IMG/VR virus record: IMGVR_UViG_3300042306_001197
Location: 1-62,021 of that record
Source: a virus
Lineage: Duplodnaviria > Caudoviricetes
DNA length: 62,021 nt
Reading direction: 5' to 3' (one strand)
Shown one piece after another: positions 18,856-27,933 of this stretch. The position numbers and the translations under genes were made by a program. Below the pieces are notes generated by a model that was not told the origin of the DNA, made no database searches, and saw only the letters and a program-made list of their open reading frames with translations. Each line of letters opens with the position of its first letter. The stretch's first letter is position 1.

Positions 18856-19224
18856 ATGGCTGCTAATTCAGAGGTAAAGCATTACAAGGTAGTTGAACTA
18901 CCACAGTACCCAAGGCCTAATACAGTGTACTATGTAAAAGAGACACCTGACTCAGATGTAAAAACTTATATTACAGATTTAAACGGGGTCCCAGTACCAC
19001 TAAATGATGAAGTAGGAAATACAGTAGGCGATAAAAACTTTGAGTATATCCAGTTGTCTGCATCAAATACTTGGGAGATAGTACATAACCTAAATAAATA
19101 CGTTAGCGTAACTGTAGTAGACTCAGGTAATAATATGGTAATAGGAGATATAGAATATGAATCTCCAGACAAAGTAATAGTAAGATTTCAAGCATCTTTC
19201 TCAGGAAGAGCATACTTAAACTAA
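18856..19224 (+). CDS. Small tail/fibre-associated protein
   Basis: C-terminal WEIVHNLNKYVSVTVVD...F.G.AYLN module, related to the C-terminus of the next gene (VTHNLGSRNVIVQLYD). Confidence 0.6.
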   Translation: MAANSEVKHYKVVELPQYPRPNTVYYVKETPDSDVKTYITDLNGVPVPLNDEVGNTVGDKNFEYIQLSASNTWEIVHNLNKYVSVTVVDSGNNMVIGDIEYESPDKVIVRFQASFSGRAYLN

Positions 19225-19238
19225 AAACATAAAAACAA

Positions 19239-20411
19239 ATGAAATTTTTAACCCACATAGATCTTAGTAAGAATCAACTACAAAACGCTGTAGTTCATCC
19301 ACTAGGAACAGCTCCTTCAGGAGGAGTAGAAGGACAAATTTATTACAATTCTACAATAGGGGATAAAAAACTTTATATACACAATGGTTCCACTTGGACA
19401 CCAGTAGGAGACATAACAAGCGTAGTCTCAACAACACCACAACTAGTAGTAACTAGCGGAACATCTGGAGATGTATCCTTAGCAATAAATATTGCACCAA
19501 GTATAGCAAATGGCGGAGCAGGTTTAGTAACATCAGACTTAGTCTATGATTACATAGACGCACTTGATTTAGTAAATTCTGTAATTGCAGGAAATGGAAT
19601 AACTGTTTCTTCAGCAACTGGAAACGTCACTATATCTCACTCTGATACATCGTCTGTAAGCAACGTTATCGCATCTGGGAGAACTTATCTTACCGGATTA
19701 ACTTTTGATACGTTTGGACACGTCACAGGAGTTACAACAGGAACAGAAACCGTTGTAGATACAAACACAACATATGATTTATCAGTAGTTGGGCAATTAA
19801 GCGGAGCTTTGTTATCCTTAATAGGTAATGATTCTACTACAGATAGCATATTTATTGGAGGAACACCAAACGAAATAACTGTTGGAGCAGTTGGCACTAC
19901 AATTTCTATAGGATTACCTGATGATGTAACCATCACAAACAACTTAGTAATAGGTGGAAACTTAACAGTATCAGGAACAGTGACAACTGTAAATACTGAA
20001 ACTATTTTACTTGCTGATAATATTATTACATTAAATAGTAATGCTACCGGAACACCAACTGAAAATGGAGGTATTGAAGTAGAAAGAGGCAGCTCTGCAA
20101 ATGTTTCAGTTATATGGAACGAAGCTACAGATAGATGGCAGTTTACAAATGACGGAACAACTTATTATAACATACCAGTTGGACCAGATGCCACCCAAGA
20201 TTCTTACACAACAACTTTAACAGCCACTTCTGGAGCACAAGTAGTAACTCACAACTTAGGCTCAAGAAATGTAATAGTACAATTATACGATACAATTACT
20301 TACGAGACTTTATACGCTGATATTGTAAGAACATCTTCAAATGATGTTACAGTAACTTTCGTATCAACTCCACCAAATGCAGTAATTGCAATGGTACAAC
20401 TTATTGACTAA
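19239..20411 (+). CDS. Tail fibre-like protein
   Basis: G/T/V-rich with GNLTVSGTVTTVNT, GGIEVERG and WNEATDRWQF fibre motifs. Confidence 0.7.
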   Translation: MKFLTHIDLSKNQLQNAVVHPLGTAPSGGVEGQIYYNSTIGDKKLYIHNGSTWTPVGDITSVVSTTPQLVVTSGTSGDVSLAINIAPSIANGGAGLVTSDLVYDYIDALDLVNSVIAGNGITVSSATGNVTISHSDTSSVSNVIASGRTYLTGLTFDTFGHVTGVTTGTETVVDTNTTYDLSVVGQLSGALLSLIGNDSTTDSIFIGGTPNEITVGAVGTTISIGLPDDVTITNNLVIGGNLTVSGTVTTVNTETILLADNIITLNSNATGTPTENGGIEVERGSSANVSVIWNEATDRWQFTNDGTTYYNIPVGPDATQDSYTTTLTATSGAQVVTHNLGSRNVIVQLYDTITYETLYADIVRTSSNDVTVTFVSTPPNAVIAMVQLID

Positions 20412-20431
20412 CAGACAAACAAAACCAATAG

Positions 20432-22882
20432 ATGTCTCAAAAAATATACTCAAACCTTGATATAAAAGGTAACGCCACAATTGGTGATATAGCCAACGCT
20501 ACGTCAGATACAGATAAATTTCTTGTATCCGATGCTGGCGTTGTTAAGTATAGAACAGGTTCTGAAATGTTGTCTGATTTAGGCGTAGCTCCTGGAGTAG
20601 CATCTAATATACAACACCAAGTAAAAGCAGGTGTTGCTATCAATAAAGGACAAGCTGTTTACGTAACAGGAGCAGACGGTACTAATATGATTGTCGGCCT
20701 AGCTTCAAATGCATCTGAAGCAACCTCTTCTAAAACAATGGGACTAATGACATCAACAGTTGCAGCTAATGGTTTTGGCAACGTTGTGGCAGAAGGTCTT
20801 TTAGCAGGATTAGATACAAGTACAGCTAATGCAGGTGATCCTGTATGGTTGGGTACAAATGGTAGTCTTATATACGGATTAGCCAACAAACCATACGCTC
20901 CAGCACATTTAGTATTTATAGGTATTGTTACCAGAGTAAATAATAACAATGGTGAGATATTTGTTAAAGTACAAAATGGATTCGAGCTTAATGAAATACA
21001 TGATGTAGATTTAAAAACCACCACTCCTTCAGGAAATGAAATACTTGCATTTGAAGGTGCACCAGTTAATTTATGGAGAAATAAAACAATACCATCTGTA
21101 TTAGGCTATACACCTGTATCACAAGCAAGAACATTAACAATAAATGGTACTACATTTGACTTGTCAGCAGACAGGTCTTGGACTATAGCATCAGGAGTAA
21201 CTAGTTTTAATACTAGGACTGGAGCAATCACTTTGACATCAGGAGATGTTACAGGGGCTTTAGGATATACACCTTATAATTCATCAAACCCTGCTGGTTA
21301 TATTTCTTCTTATACAGAAACTGATCCAACAGTTCCAGCACATGTAAAAAGCATAACTACGACAGAAAAGTTAAATTGGAATACAGCATTTAGTTGGGGC
21401 AACCATGCTTCAGCTGGTTATGTACCTTCAGCAAGAACAATAACTATTAATGGTACAACACAAGATCTATCAGCTAATAGAAGCTGGACGGTAAGTGGAA
21501 CAGATAATACAAAGCTTCCGTTAACAGGGGGAACTTTGAGTGGTGCATTATTTATGACATCGTCTTATCCATATATACAATTTAATGATACAGTAAGCAC
21601 TACTAAGTCTGCTTATATACAGTATGGGGTTACATTAGGTGGAGGCGGAGCTGGAGGAGGTGGATATTTATTAAACTATTCTCAAGATAGACCATTTGGA
21701 TGGACTGTTGGCGGCAATCAAGGTGTAATGACTATTGATACAGTTGGAAATGTGCAGGCTTTAACTTCTTTAAGAGCACCTATATTTTATGATTCAAACG
21801 ACACAACTTATTATATTGATCCAGCTAGTAATGGGACTAGAGCGGCATTTTTAAATGGTAACGTTTGGATTAGACCCAAGTCTGAATCTTATGGCGAAGG
21901 TATTGCATTTCTTATGCCAAGTCAAAGTACTTGGGGTGGATTAAGATGGGTAAGAAGTACAACTGATTTTACAGGAGCGTGGGCTTTTGGTTATTTTGGA
22001 AATGAAGCAAATAACGATATAGGTTTTCATAACGGTACAAATGGGTGGAGATTAGATCAATCGTTTAATATGACATCAATAGGGTCTGTTAGATCACCTA
22101 TCTTCTACGACTCCAACAATACTGGCTATTATGTAGATCCAGCAAGTACTAGTAATACAAATACTATGCTTGCATACCAATATCAAGGTAATGGTAACGT
22201 AGGTGGAACAGGTGCTGCATCATGGCACCCATCAGGGATATATTGCGGTAGCACCATGTGGCAATATGGAGCAATGTATAAAAACTATACTGATATATGG
22301 GATGTAAACAATGTTTACGCCAGAGGTTGGTTTAGAAACTATGGTAATCAAGGTATATATAATCAAGACTATGGAGTTCATTTTTATGCACAAAGTTCAA
22401 GTGCTTGGACTATAACAGGCAGCGGTGGAAATATAGAATTACAATTTAGATCTAACCACAACTCCACATTAAGAGGCTATGTATATGCAGACACATCAAA
22501 TAACATAGGCTTTTTAACCTCAGGAGGCGGATGGAGATTAAGATGCGATGACTCTGGTAATGCGATTGCTACAGGAGACGTTACAGCATACTCAGATAGA
22601 AGGGTAAAAGAAAATATAATTACAATTGAAAAACCATTAGACAAAGTTTTATCTTTGAGAGGGGTATACTACAACAGGATTGACTCAGATGATAAACAAA
22701 GAAAGGTAGGAGTTATTGCTCAAGAAACTTTAGAAGTTTTACCCGAAGTTGTTGGTCAAGATACTGATGGTATGTATAACGTAGCTTATGGGAATATCAC
22801 AGCAGTATTAATAGAGGCAATAAAAGAACAACAAACACAAATAGAGGAACTAAAAAAATTAGTTAACGAATTAAAAAAATAA
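20432..22882 (+). CDS. Tail fibre/spike with C-terminal intramolecular chaperone (peptidase S74)
   Basis: AY-SDRRVKENI...GVIAQE...PEVV...LIEAIKEQQ coiled coil. Internal repeats RT(L/I)TINGT..DLSA.RSWT (x2) and PIFYDSN.T.YY.DPAS (x2). Confidence 0.88.
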   Translation: MSQKIYSNLDIKGNATIGDIANATSDTDKFLVSDAGVVKYRTGSEMLSDLGVAPGVASNIQHQVKAGVAINKGQAVYVTGADGTNMIVGLASNASEATSSKTMGLMTSTVAANGFGNVVAEGLLAGLDTSTANAGDPVWLGTNGSLIYGLANKPYAPAHLVFIGIVTRVNNNNGEIFVKVQNGFELNEIHDVDLKTTTPSGNEILAFEGAPVNLWRNKTIPSVLGYTPVSQARTLTINGTTFDLSADRSWTIASGVTSFNTRTGAITLTSGDVTGALGYTPYNSSNPAGYISSYTETDPTVPAHVKSITTTEKLNWNTAFSWGNHASAGYVPSARTITINGTTQDLSANRSWTVSGTDNTKLPLTGGTLSGALFMTSSYPYIQFNDTVSTTKSAYIQYGVTLGGGGAGGGGYLLNYSQDRPFGWTVGGNQGVMTIDTVGNVQALTSLRAPIFYDSNDTTYYIDPASNGTRAAFLNGNVWIRPKSESYGEGIAFLMPSQSTWGGLRWVRSTTDFTGAWAFGYFGNEANNDIGFHNGTNGWRLDQSFNMTSIGSVRSPIFYDSNNTGYYVDPASTSNTNTMLAYQYQGNGNVGGTGAASWHPSGIYCGSTMWQYGAMYKNYTDIWDVNNVYARGWFRNYGNQGIYNQDYGVHFYAQSSSAWTITGSGGNIELQFRSNHNSTLRGYVYADTSNNIGFLTSGGGWRLRCDDSGNAIATGDVTAYSDRRVKENIITIEKPLDKVLSLRGVYYNRIDSDDKQRKVGVIAQETLEVLPEVVGQDTDGMYNVAYGNITAVLIEAIKEQQTQIEELKKLVNELKK

Positions 22883-22887
22883 GTAAA

Positions 22888-23241
22888 ATGGCAATAACAT
22901 TTGAATTTTTAACAGATGATACAATGAAGTTAGAGATAGCCCCAGTATTAGGCAATCTTGAACAAGTTGTTACAAGAGTTAGATACAACTACGTAGGAAC
23001 AAACGAAAATGGTGTTAGATCTACTTTTCCAGGAGCAACGCCTATGCCTTTACCGGAAGATACAGAAAACTACATCCCATTTTCACAATTGCAACCAGAG
23101 AACATTGTATCTTGGTTAGAAGCTGTAGCGGATATAGCTCATATGCAATTAACAATTACTAAAAGCATAGAAGCTCAAATAAACCCTAAGTATGAATCTG
23201 TACCTTCTCCTTGGGCAAATACAACAACACCACAAATATAA
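22888..23241 (+). CDS. Tail-fibre-associated small protein
   Basis: YIPFSQL..E.IVSWLE...PW motif commonly found after S74-type fibres. Confidence 0.55.
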   Translation: MAITFEFLTDDTMKLEIAPVLGNLEQVVTRVRYNYVGTNENGVRSTFPGATPMPLPEDTENYIPFSQLQPENIVSWLEAVADIAHMQLTITKSIEAQINPKYESVPSPWANTTTPQI

Positions 23242-23247
23242 TAAATT

Positions 23248-23625
23248 ATGCCATTACCTTGCAGCGGAACAATAAGCATATCTCAAATTAGATCAGAGTT
23301 AGGTACTGGAACCGGATCACTTAGGGCACTAAGCAGCCTTGCTGGAAAGAGTATACCAGACTCTATGTCTGAGTTTTGGTGCTACACAAACTGTCCTCCT
23401 GCTTGGCAATACTACACACAATATTGCGATGGATGTACATTAGTATATATGTATCATAACGGAAGCTGCGGATACTACTACAGCTATCAGTATGACTCAC
23501 CAGCATGTGGTTGTGGAGGAACATATTTCTGCCAATCTTATCCAGGAGATCCTTGTTTTATTACTTCAAGCCCTTGTTGGCAATTAGGTCTGTATGACTG
23601 TGGCGGAGGTGGAGCTATTCAATAA
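23248..23625 (+). CDS. Fibre-associated protein with Cys/Tyr-rich C-terminus
   Basis: MPLP.SG.IS.S.I..ELG N-terminal module followed by a Cys/Tyr/Gly-rich tail. Confidence 0.6.
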   Translation: MPLPCSGTISISQIRSELGTGTGSLRALSSLAGKSIPDSMSEFWCYTNCPPAWQYYTQYCDGCTLVYMYHNGSCGYYYSYQYDSPACGCGGTYFCQSYPGDPCFITSSPCWQLGLYDCGGGGAIQ

Positions 23626-23639
23626 TAAAAAAATAAATT

Positions 23640-23882
23640 ATGATAATATATCTAAAAGCAGAAACAGGAGTAATTAAAATTGATAGCGATACAAAACAAG
23701 CATTATCAATATGGGAAGACCCTAATGGAGATAGAGTAATATGTAGCACACTAGATGAAAGCACATATGGTTTAATGACTGTAGCTAAAGTACAAGAAGG
23801 TTTCTTTACTGAAATAACAGAAGAGGAATTTTTAATTAAAAAAGATCAAGTAAAAAATAAATTAACTAACCTTGGATTTTAA
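23640..23882 (+). CDS. Hypothetical protein
   Basis: 80-aa ORF with A-rich leader. Confidence 0.6.
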   Translation: MIIYLKAETGVIKIDSDTKQALSIWEDPNGDRVICSTLDESTYGLMTVAKVQEGFFTEITEEEFLIKKDQVKNKLTNLGF

Positions 23883-23908
23883 TTCAGAACACTTAAAAAA
23901 ATAATCAA

Positions 23909-24046
23909 ATGGCAAAGGTAAAACAAGAATCTATAAAAGTAGAAAAAAAGAAAGTAAGTAGACCTGGAATACATGCTAAGTCAAAAACCTCACTTTCAAA
24001 AAACTCTAAGAACTATAAGAAGTTAAATAGAGGTCAAGGTAAATAA
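23909..24046 (+). CDS. Small very basic peptide, 45 aa (not in ORF track)
   Basis: MAKVKQESIKVEKKKVSRPGIHAKSKTSLSKNSKNYKKLNRGQGK fills the intergenic gap. Confidence 0.75.
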   Translation: MAKVKQESIKVEKKKVSRPGIHAKSKTSLSKNSKNYKKLNRGQGK

Positions 24047-24068
24047 CAAACAACTAAACTATAACACT

Positions 24069-24305
24069 ATGAAAGAATTATTTAATGATGAAAATAAAAT
24101 AAATGAGAAAAGCCTTATTGGATTTTTAGCATTTTTAGTAATGGTAGGATTTGCAGCAGCAGATGTACTTACAGGTTATTTCGGAAAAGACCTAATTGTA
24201 AATGAATTTATATTTAACGCATTCCTTGTACTTTGCTTAGGAGCATTTGGATTTGGTTCTGTTGATAAGTTCATCAACTCTAAAAAAGAGGATTCAGAAG
24301 AGTAA
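24069..24305 (+). CDS. Two-TM small membrane protein (holin-like)
   Basis: Two hydrophobic helices, charged termini. Confidence 0.6.
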   Translation: MKELFNDENKINEKSLIGFLAFLVMVGFAAADVLTGYFGKDLIVNEFIFNAFLVLCLGAFGFGSVDKFINSKKEDSEE

Positions 24306-24778
24306 TGATTAAAAGATCAGCATTAATAATTTTTATGTTGATATCTTCTATAGCATTTTCACAAGAGATAAGTATAGGGCCTATTAATAATAAAATAGAG
24401 ATAGGCCCATTATCTGGAAACAGAGACTTAGCCTTTGGTATAAAAAATATATTAGAGGAGATATTACAAGAGAGAGGATATGAATTATTACCTAGTGCTG
24501 AAAAATCTATAGGAATAGACATACTTTACTTCGATGTTAAAAGCACCAATATGCAAATAGCATTATATGCTAACAACTTAGAGGTTACAGAAATAATAGC
24601 ACAAGGTAAGATAATCACACAAGGAAAAGAAATAAAAACAGTTGTAGCAAAAGGTCAAGCAAAGTCAGTATCAACAGCTACACTTATTATAGATCAAGGA
24701 GGTAAGTTTTCTCAAACTAACGTTTCATCAGCACTTAAGAAAGTCTGTGAACAAATTATCGACAAATTAAAAATATGA
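24305..24778 (+). CDS. Exported CsgG/TolB-N-like alpha/beta protein (short)
   Basis: Sec signal peptide ending AFS-Q. GIKNILEEIL helix, beta hairpins, and a C-terminal SSALKKVCEQII helix paralleling the 27215 protein. Confidence 0.5.
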   Translation: MIKRSALIIFMLISSIAFSQEISIGPINNKIEIGPLSGNRDLAFGIKNILEEILQERGYELLPSAEKSIGIDILYFDVKSTNMQIALYANNLEVTEIIAQGKIITQGKEIKTVVAKGQAKSVSTATLIIDQGGKFSQTNVSSALKKVCEQIIDKLKI

Positions 24779-26370
24779 AAAAGCTTATAACACTTTTATT
24801 GCTAATACCAATATTTTCATTTGGTCAAGTTATAATTGATCAAACAATACTAGAGCCGGGTCCTTACAAGGTAGGCGATATTATAACATTAGAATACAGG
24901 CTTAACCCATCAAATTTAGATGTAAATTACATTTGGTTTAGATACGACTATAACAACAAGAACTTAGAGATGATACCAAACTCTACAGTTTTTACGCAAG
25001 GTCAGAGTACACAAACTTTCTATACTCACTGGAATAACTACATATTTAACCCAAATCCTCAAATAGGAGTTGGAGAATTATTAAGACAATACAATTCTGG
25101 AGGATGGAATTACACACAAAACAATGACTGGAATGTAGCTCAACTGTCTATACAAAGAGCAGACGCTAGTATATCAGGCATAATAGCTACACAAAAATAT
25201 AGAATAAAAGATAACACAAGCTTTAAAAATGTACACAAGTTACATTTAGCTTATGCTACAACTAGAAATAACACAGCTGTAACTAGCATTGGATCTAATG
25301 TATTGTGGCTAAGCTTGGACAATGTGTCAAGGTTAGTGTCCAGCGTTAAGTTTAAGGTAGCTTTTCCTGCTGGGTATGATATAACAAAACATAATGTACA
25401 AGTTATGGCTACTAACGCACAAGGCACAGTTGATTGGTCAACCAATCCTCAACCAGTTGCTATAGGACCGTTAGATTCATCTGGAGAGTTTTTGACAGAC
25501 AAGCTAGAAAAAAATAAACAATACCTAGTTATGGTAAACCCTGCTTGGGGGCAAAACGTACCAAGTAATATCATAACTGTGACGGATGCTTATAAAGCTT
25601 TTAAGGCACTAAACGACAGAGGCATAAACAATACAGATGCACAATTTAGCACAAGCTTAGAAAGCAGGATTGCCAATGTAACACAAGATCAGTCCTTTGA
25701 TAGCCAAGATGCTTATTATTTGTTTGCTACAGTAATGGGAATTGACTTATCTAGTGTACAAGGGCTTATGCTTCCTACAAAAGATATGACAAAACCCGTA
25801 AAGTTTTTATCAGGACCTACAGCAACATTTTCTAATATGACTGGTCCAAACAACATTACACCGGTAGCAGATGCAGAAGTATATAACTTATCTTATGCTT
25901 GGGGAGGAGATCTTGATTTTTCTCATTCATCTCCACTAGTAGTTAGTACAACAAGTGCATCAAGCAAAGGATTATCCATATCTAGCGTAGTACCACAGAT
26001 TGTATCAAAAGCAGATACATCAATTAATACATCATTAGTAAACGGAAAGGTTGTTGTTACTATAGGATTAAATGCCGAATCACTTGCAGGAGCAGAGTAC
26101 AAAATTGGATATGACGACAGCAAGTTAAAGCTAGATGATATAACATTCGATACGGGTAATACAGTTACAAATTTTTCAACACACAAAGAAAACATAGTAA
26201 CATTTGGTTCTCTAGATAAATCAGGTAATTCTTCCATAAAACAAGGAACACCATACAAGTTAATCTTTACACCAAAAGTGACATTGATTAACACATCAGG
26301 ATTAATATTCACATACTTTGCAGAAGCCGTAGACACAAAAGCTAACAAAGTAAACTTAACTATAAAATAA
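24775..26370 (+). CDS. Exported protein with cohesin-like, dockerin-like and second cohesin-like domains
   Basis: Signal peptide ending SFG-Q. KVGDIITL...FRYDYNNKNL; ITVTDAY...ANVTQDQSFDSQDAY; LAGAEYKIGYDDSKLKL...YKLIF. Confidence 0.62.
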   Translation: MKKLITLLLLIPIFSFGQVIIDQTILEPGPYKVGDIITLEYRLNPSNLDVNYIWFRYDYNNKNLEMIPNSTVFTQGQSTQTFYTHWNNYIFNPNPQIGVGELLRQYNSGGWNYTQNNDWNVAQLSIQRADASISGIIATQKYRIKDNTSFKNVHKLHLAYATTRNNTAVTSIGSNVLWLSLDNVSRLVSSVKFKVAFPAGYDITKHNVQVMATNAQGTVDWSTNPQPVAIGPLDSSGEFLTDKLEKNKQYLVMVNPAWGQNVPSNIITVTDAYKAFKALNDRGINNTDAQFSTSLESRIANVTQDQSFDSQDAYYLFATVMGIDLSSVQGLMLPTKDMTKPVKFLSGPTATFSNMTGPNNITPVADAEVYNLSYAWGGDLDFSHSSPLVVSTTSASSKGLSISSVVPQIVSKADTSINTSLVNGKVVVTIGLNAESLAGAEYKIGYDDSKLKLDDITFDTGNTVTNFSTHKENIVTFGSLDKSGNSSIKQGTPYKLIFTPKVTLINTSGLIFTYFAEAVDTKANKVNLTIK

Positions 26371-26372
26371 CT

Positions 26373-26744
26373 ATGAAAAGAGTACTCACAGGTATTGCAC
26401 TATTCACATTAATTTTTTCATGCTCAGACATGGACACAGTTACAGATATCCCCACTTCATCTGTACCATTAGAATTAGGACTAAACACCGTGGGGATAAA
26501 ACTAGCTTCTAACTTTGTAACAACAGAAGCAAGAATGAATGTTAGGTTAGAGGCAGCAGATAAAGTAACAATTAAAATAGTGGACTTATCTGGAAAAACT
26601 GTTTCTTCAGAAACTGTAGAAGCTAAAGCAGGAGACAACTTATTAAATGTTTACACAAAAGCATTACCAAGAAGTTCTTATGAACTTCATTTATACAATT
26701 CAAATAATCAACAAATAGGTAAAACCTTAATCAATTTATTATGA
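26373..26744 (+). CDS. Lipoprotein consisting of a T9SS type-A C-terminal sorting domain-like module
   Basis: Lipobox IFS-C. VTIKIVDLSGKTV...AGDN...LPRSSYELHL...KTLINLL matches the T9SS CTD pattern. Confidence 0.65.
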   Translation: MKRVLTGIALFTLIFSCSDMDTVTDIPTSSVPLELGLNTVGIKLASNFVTTEARMNVRLEAADKVTIKIVDLSGKTVSSETVEAKAGDNLLNVYTKALPRSSYELHLYNSNNQQIGKTLINLL

Positions 26745-27043
26745 GCGAAGAACAAGGAGGAAACTCAATTAAGAACATCCTTATAGGATTAGTTAGTACT
26801 GTAACAATAGGAGTTGGTACATTTGTAACAAATAAATTAACAGGTGGAGAAGAGGAAGCTAAGACGGAAGTTGCTGCACCAGCCCCTGCCCCAGTTATTA
26901 ATATTACAAACACAAACCAACAAAAACAGGAACAAGCCGCACCAGCTGGAAAAACTATTATAATCAAAGAGAAAGCAGCACCAGTAAAAGCACAAGAGCC
27001 GGCACAGGAAAAAAAGAAAAAAGAAGAAGAAGAAACTTGGTAA
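26741..27043 (+). CDS. Single-TM protein with Pro/Ala-rich linker and charged tail
   Basis: ILIGLVSTVTIGVGTFV, then APAPAP and PVINI/TIII short strands, ending KKKKEEEETW. Confidence 0.7.
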   Translation: MSEEQGGNSIKNILIGLVSTVTIGVGTFVTNKLTGGEEEAKTEVAAPAPAPVINITNTNQQKQEQAAPAGKTIIIKEKAAPVKAQEPAQEKKKKEEEETW

Positions 27044-27044
27044 T

Positions 27045-27221
27045 ATGGAACAACTATTAACATTTATAGCAGTAGTATTTATAAGCGTATTTTCAATACT
27101 AGTTAATTTTCCAGAGCTGTTTGCATTATCTTTTATAGGGGGACTTATTTACTATAAAGTAGTCGGTCACAAAAAAGGTTGGGAATTACCAAAAGAAGTA
27201 AAAAAAAGACACCAATGGTAA
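27045..27221 (+). CDS. Two-TM membrane microprotein, 58 aa (not in ORF track)
   Basis: MEQLLTFIAVVFISVFSILVNFPELFALSFIGGLIYYKVVGHKKGWELPKEVKKRHQW. Starts 1 nt after the previous stop and overlaps the next start. Confidence 0.7.
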   Translation: MEQLLTFIAVVFISVFSILVNFPELFALSFIGGLIYYKVVGHKKGWELPKEVKKRHQW

Positions 27222-27931
27222 AATTAATAACAGCAGTACTGCTTCTTATATCATTTACAACATCAGCACAAGTGATAGGTAAGACATCTACTGAAGATTA
27301 CCAAGCAGGTTTTGAAGGCAAAGAATCAATATACACTTTACCAGAATATAACGGAAAACCTGTACCAGTAGCATTGTTAGATATTGGAGTATCAAAGGAG
27401 GTAATAGAGCAGTATCCAGAGTTGGGGGACTATCGTGTAGGACTAGGATTGACAAACATAGTTGTAGCATACTTAGAAGAAACATTCAGATTTGAATTTG
27501 TAGAAACTAAGAATGATATTAAACAAAGAATGATAGCTCAGTATAAAGCCTCACAGAAGGGTATATCAACAGAAAAGATAGAACTGAAGGGAAACATCGT
27601 TTTAGCAAAATACTTCTGTTATATCGAAGTATATGACTTTTCTATTTCAGAAGACGAGACTATTAATCTAAAAGATGGTGTAAAAAATAAGCTAGTAACA
27701 AGGCTAGGTCTACAAGTTAAAATGGTAGATGCACAATCTGGAACTTATATGACAGGATCTGGATTAGGAAAAGCAGTAACAACAAGAGAAGTTACATTAC
27801 TAAACAATGAAAATTTAGAGGAGGTAAAATTTAATCAGTCAAGTATAGGGACATCAACTAAAAAAGCATTGGAAAGTGCTACAGCTAAGGTTGTTAAAAG
27901 AATGATTCAAAAACAAATATTTACAAACTAA
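27215..27931 (+). CDS. Exported CsgG/HfaB-family protein
   Basis: Start moved to ATG 27215, giving signal peptide ...TSA-Q. GLTNIVVAYLEETFRFEFVE, AKYFCYIEVYDF, LQVKMVDAQSG, KKALESA follow the CsgG-family layout. Confidence 0.72.
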   Translation: MVKLITAVLLLISFTTSAQVIGKTSTEDYQAGFEGKESIYTLPEYNGKPVPVALLDIGVSKEVIEQYPELGDYRVGLGLTNIVVAYLEETFRFEFVETKNDIKQRMIAQYKASQKGISTEKIELKGNIVLAKYFCYIEVYDFSISEDETINLKDGVKNKLVTRLGLQVKMVDAQSGTYMTGSGLGKAVTTREVTLLNNENLEEVKFNQSSIGTSTKKALESATAKVVKRMIQKQIFTN

Positions 27932-27933
27932 GA

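Noticed and set aside
24305-27931. A bona fide curli operon
   Set aside because: No CsgA/CsgB-type amyloid repeat protein or recognisable CsgE/CsgF. The CsgG-like proteins have SPI signals rather than a lipobox, so no csg gene symbols were assigned.
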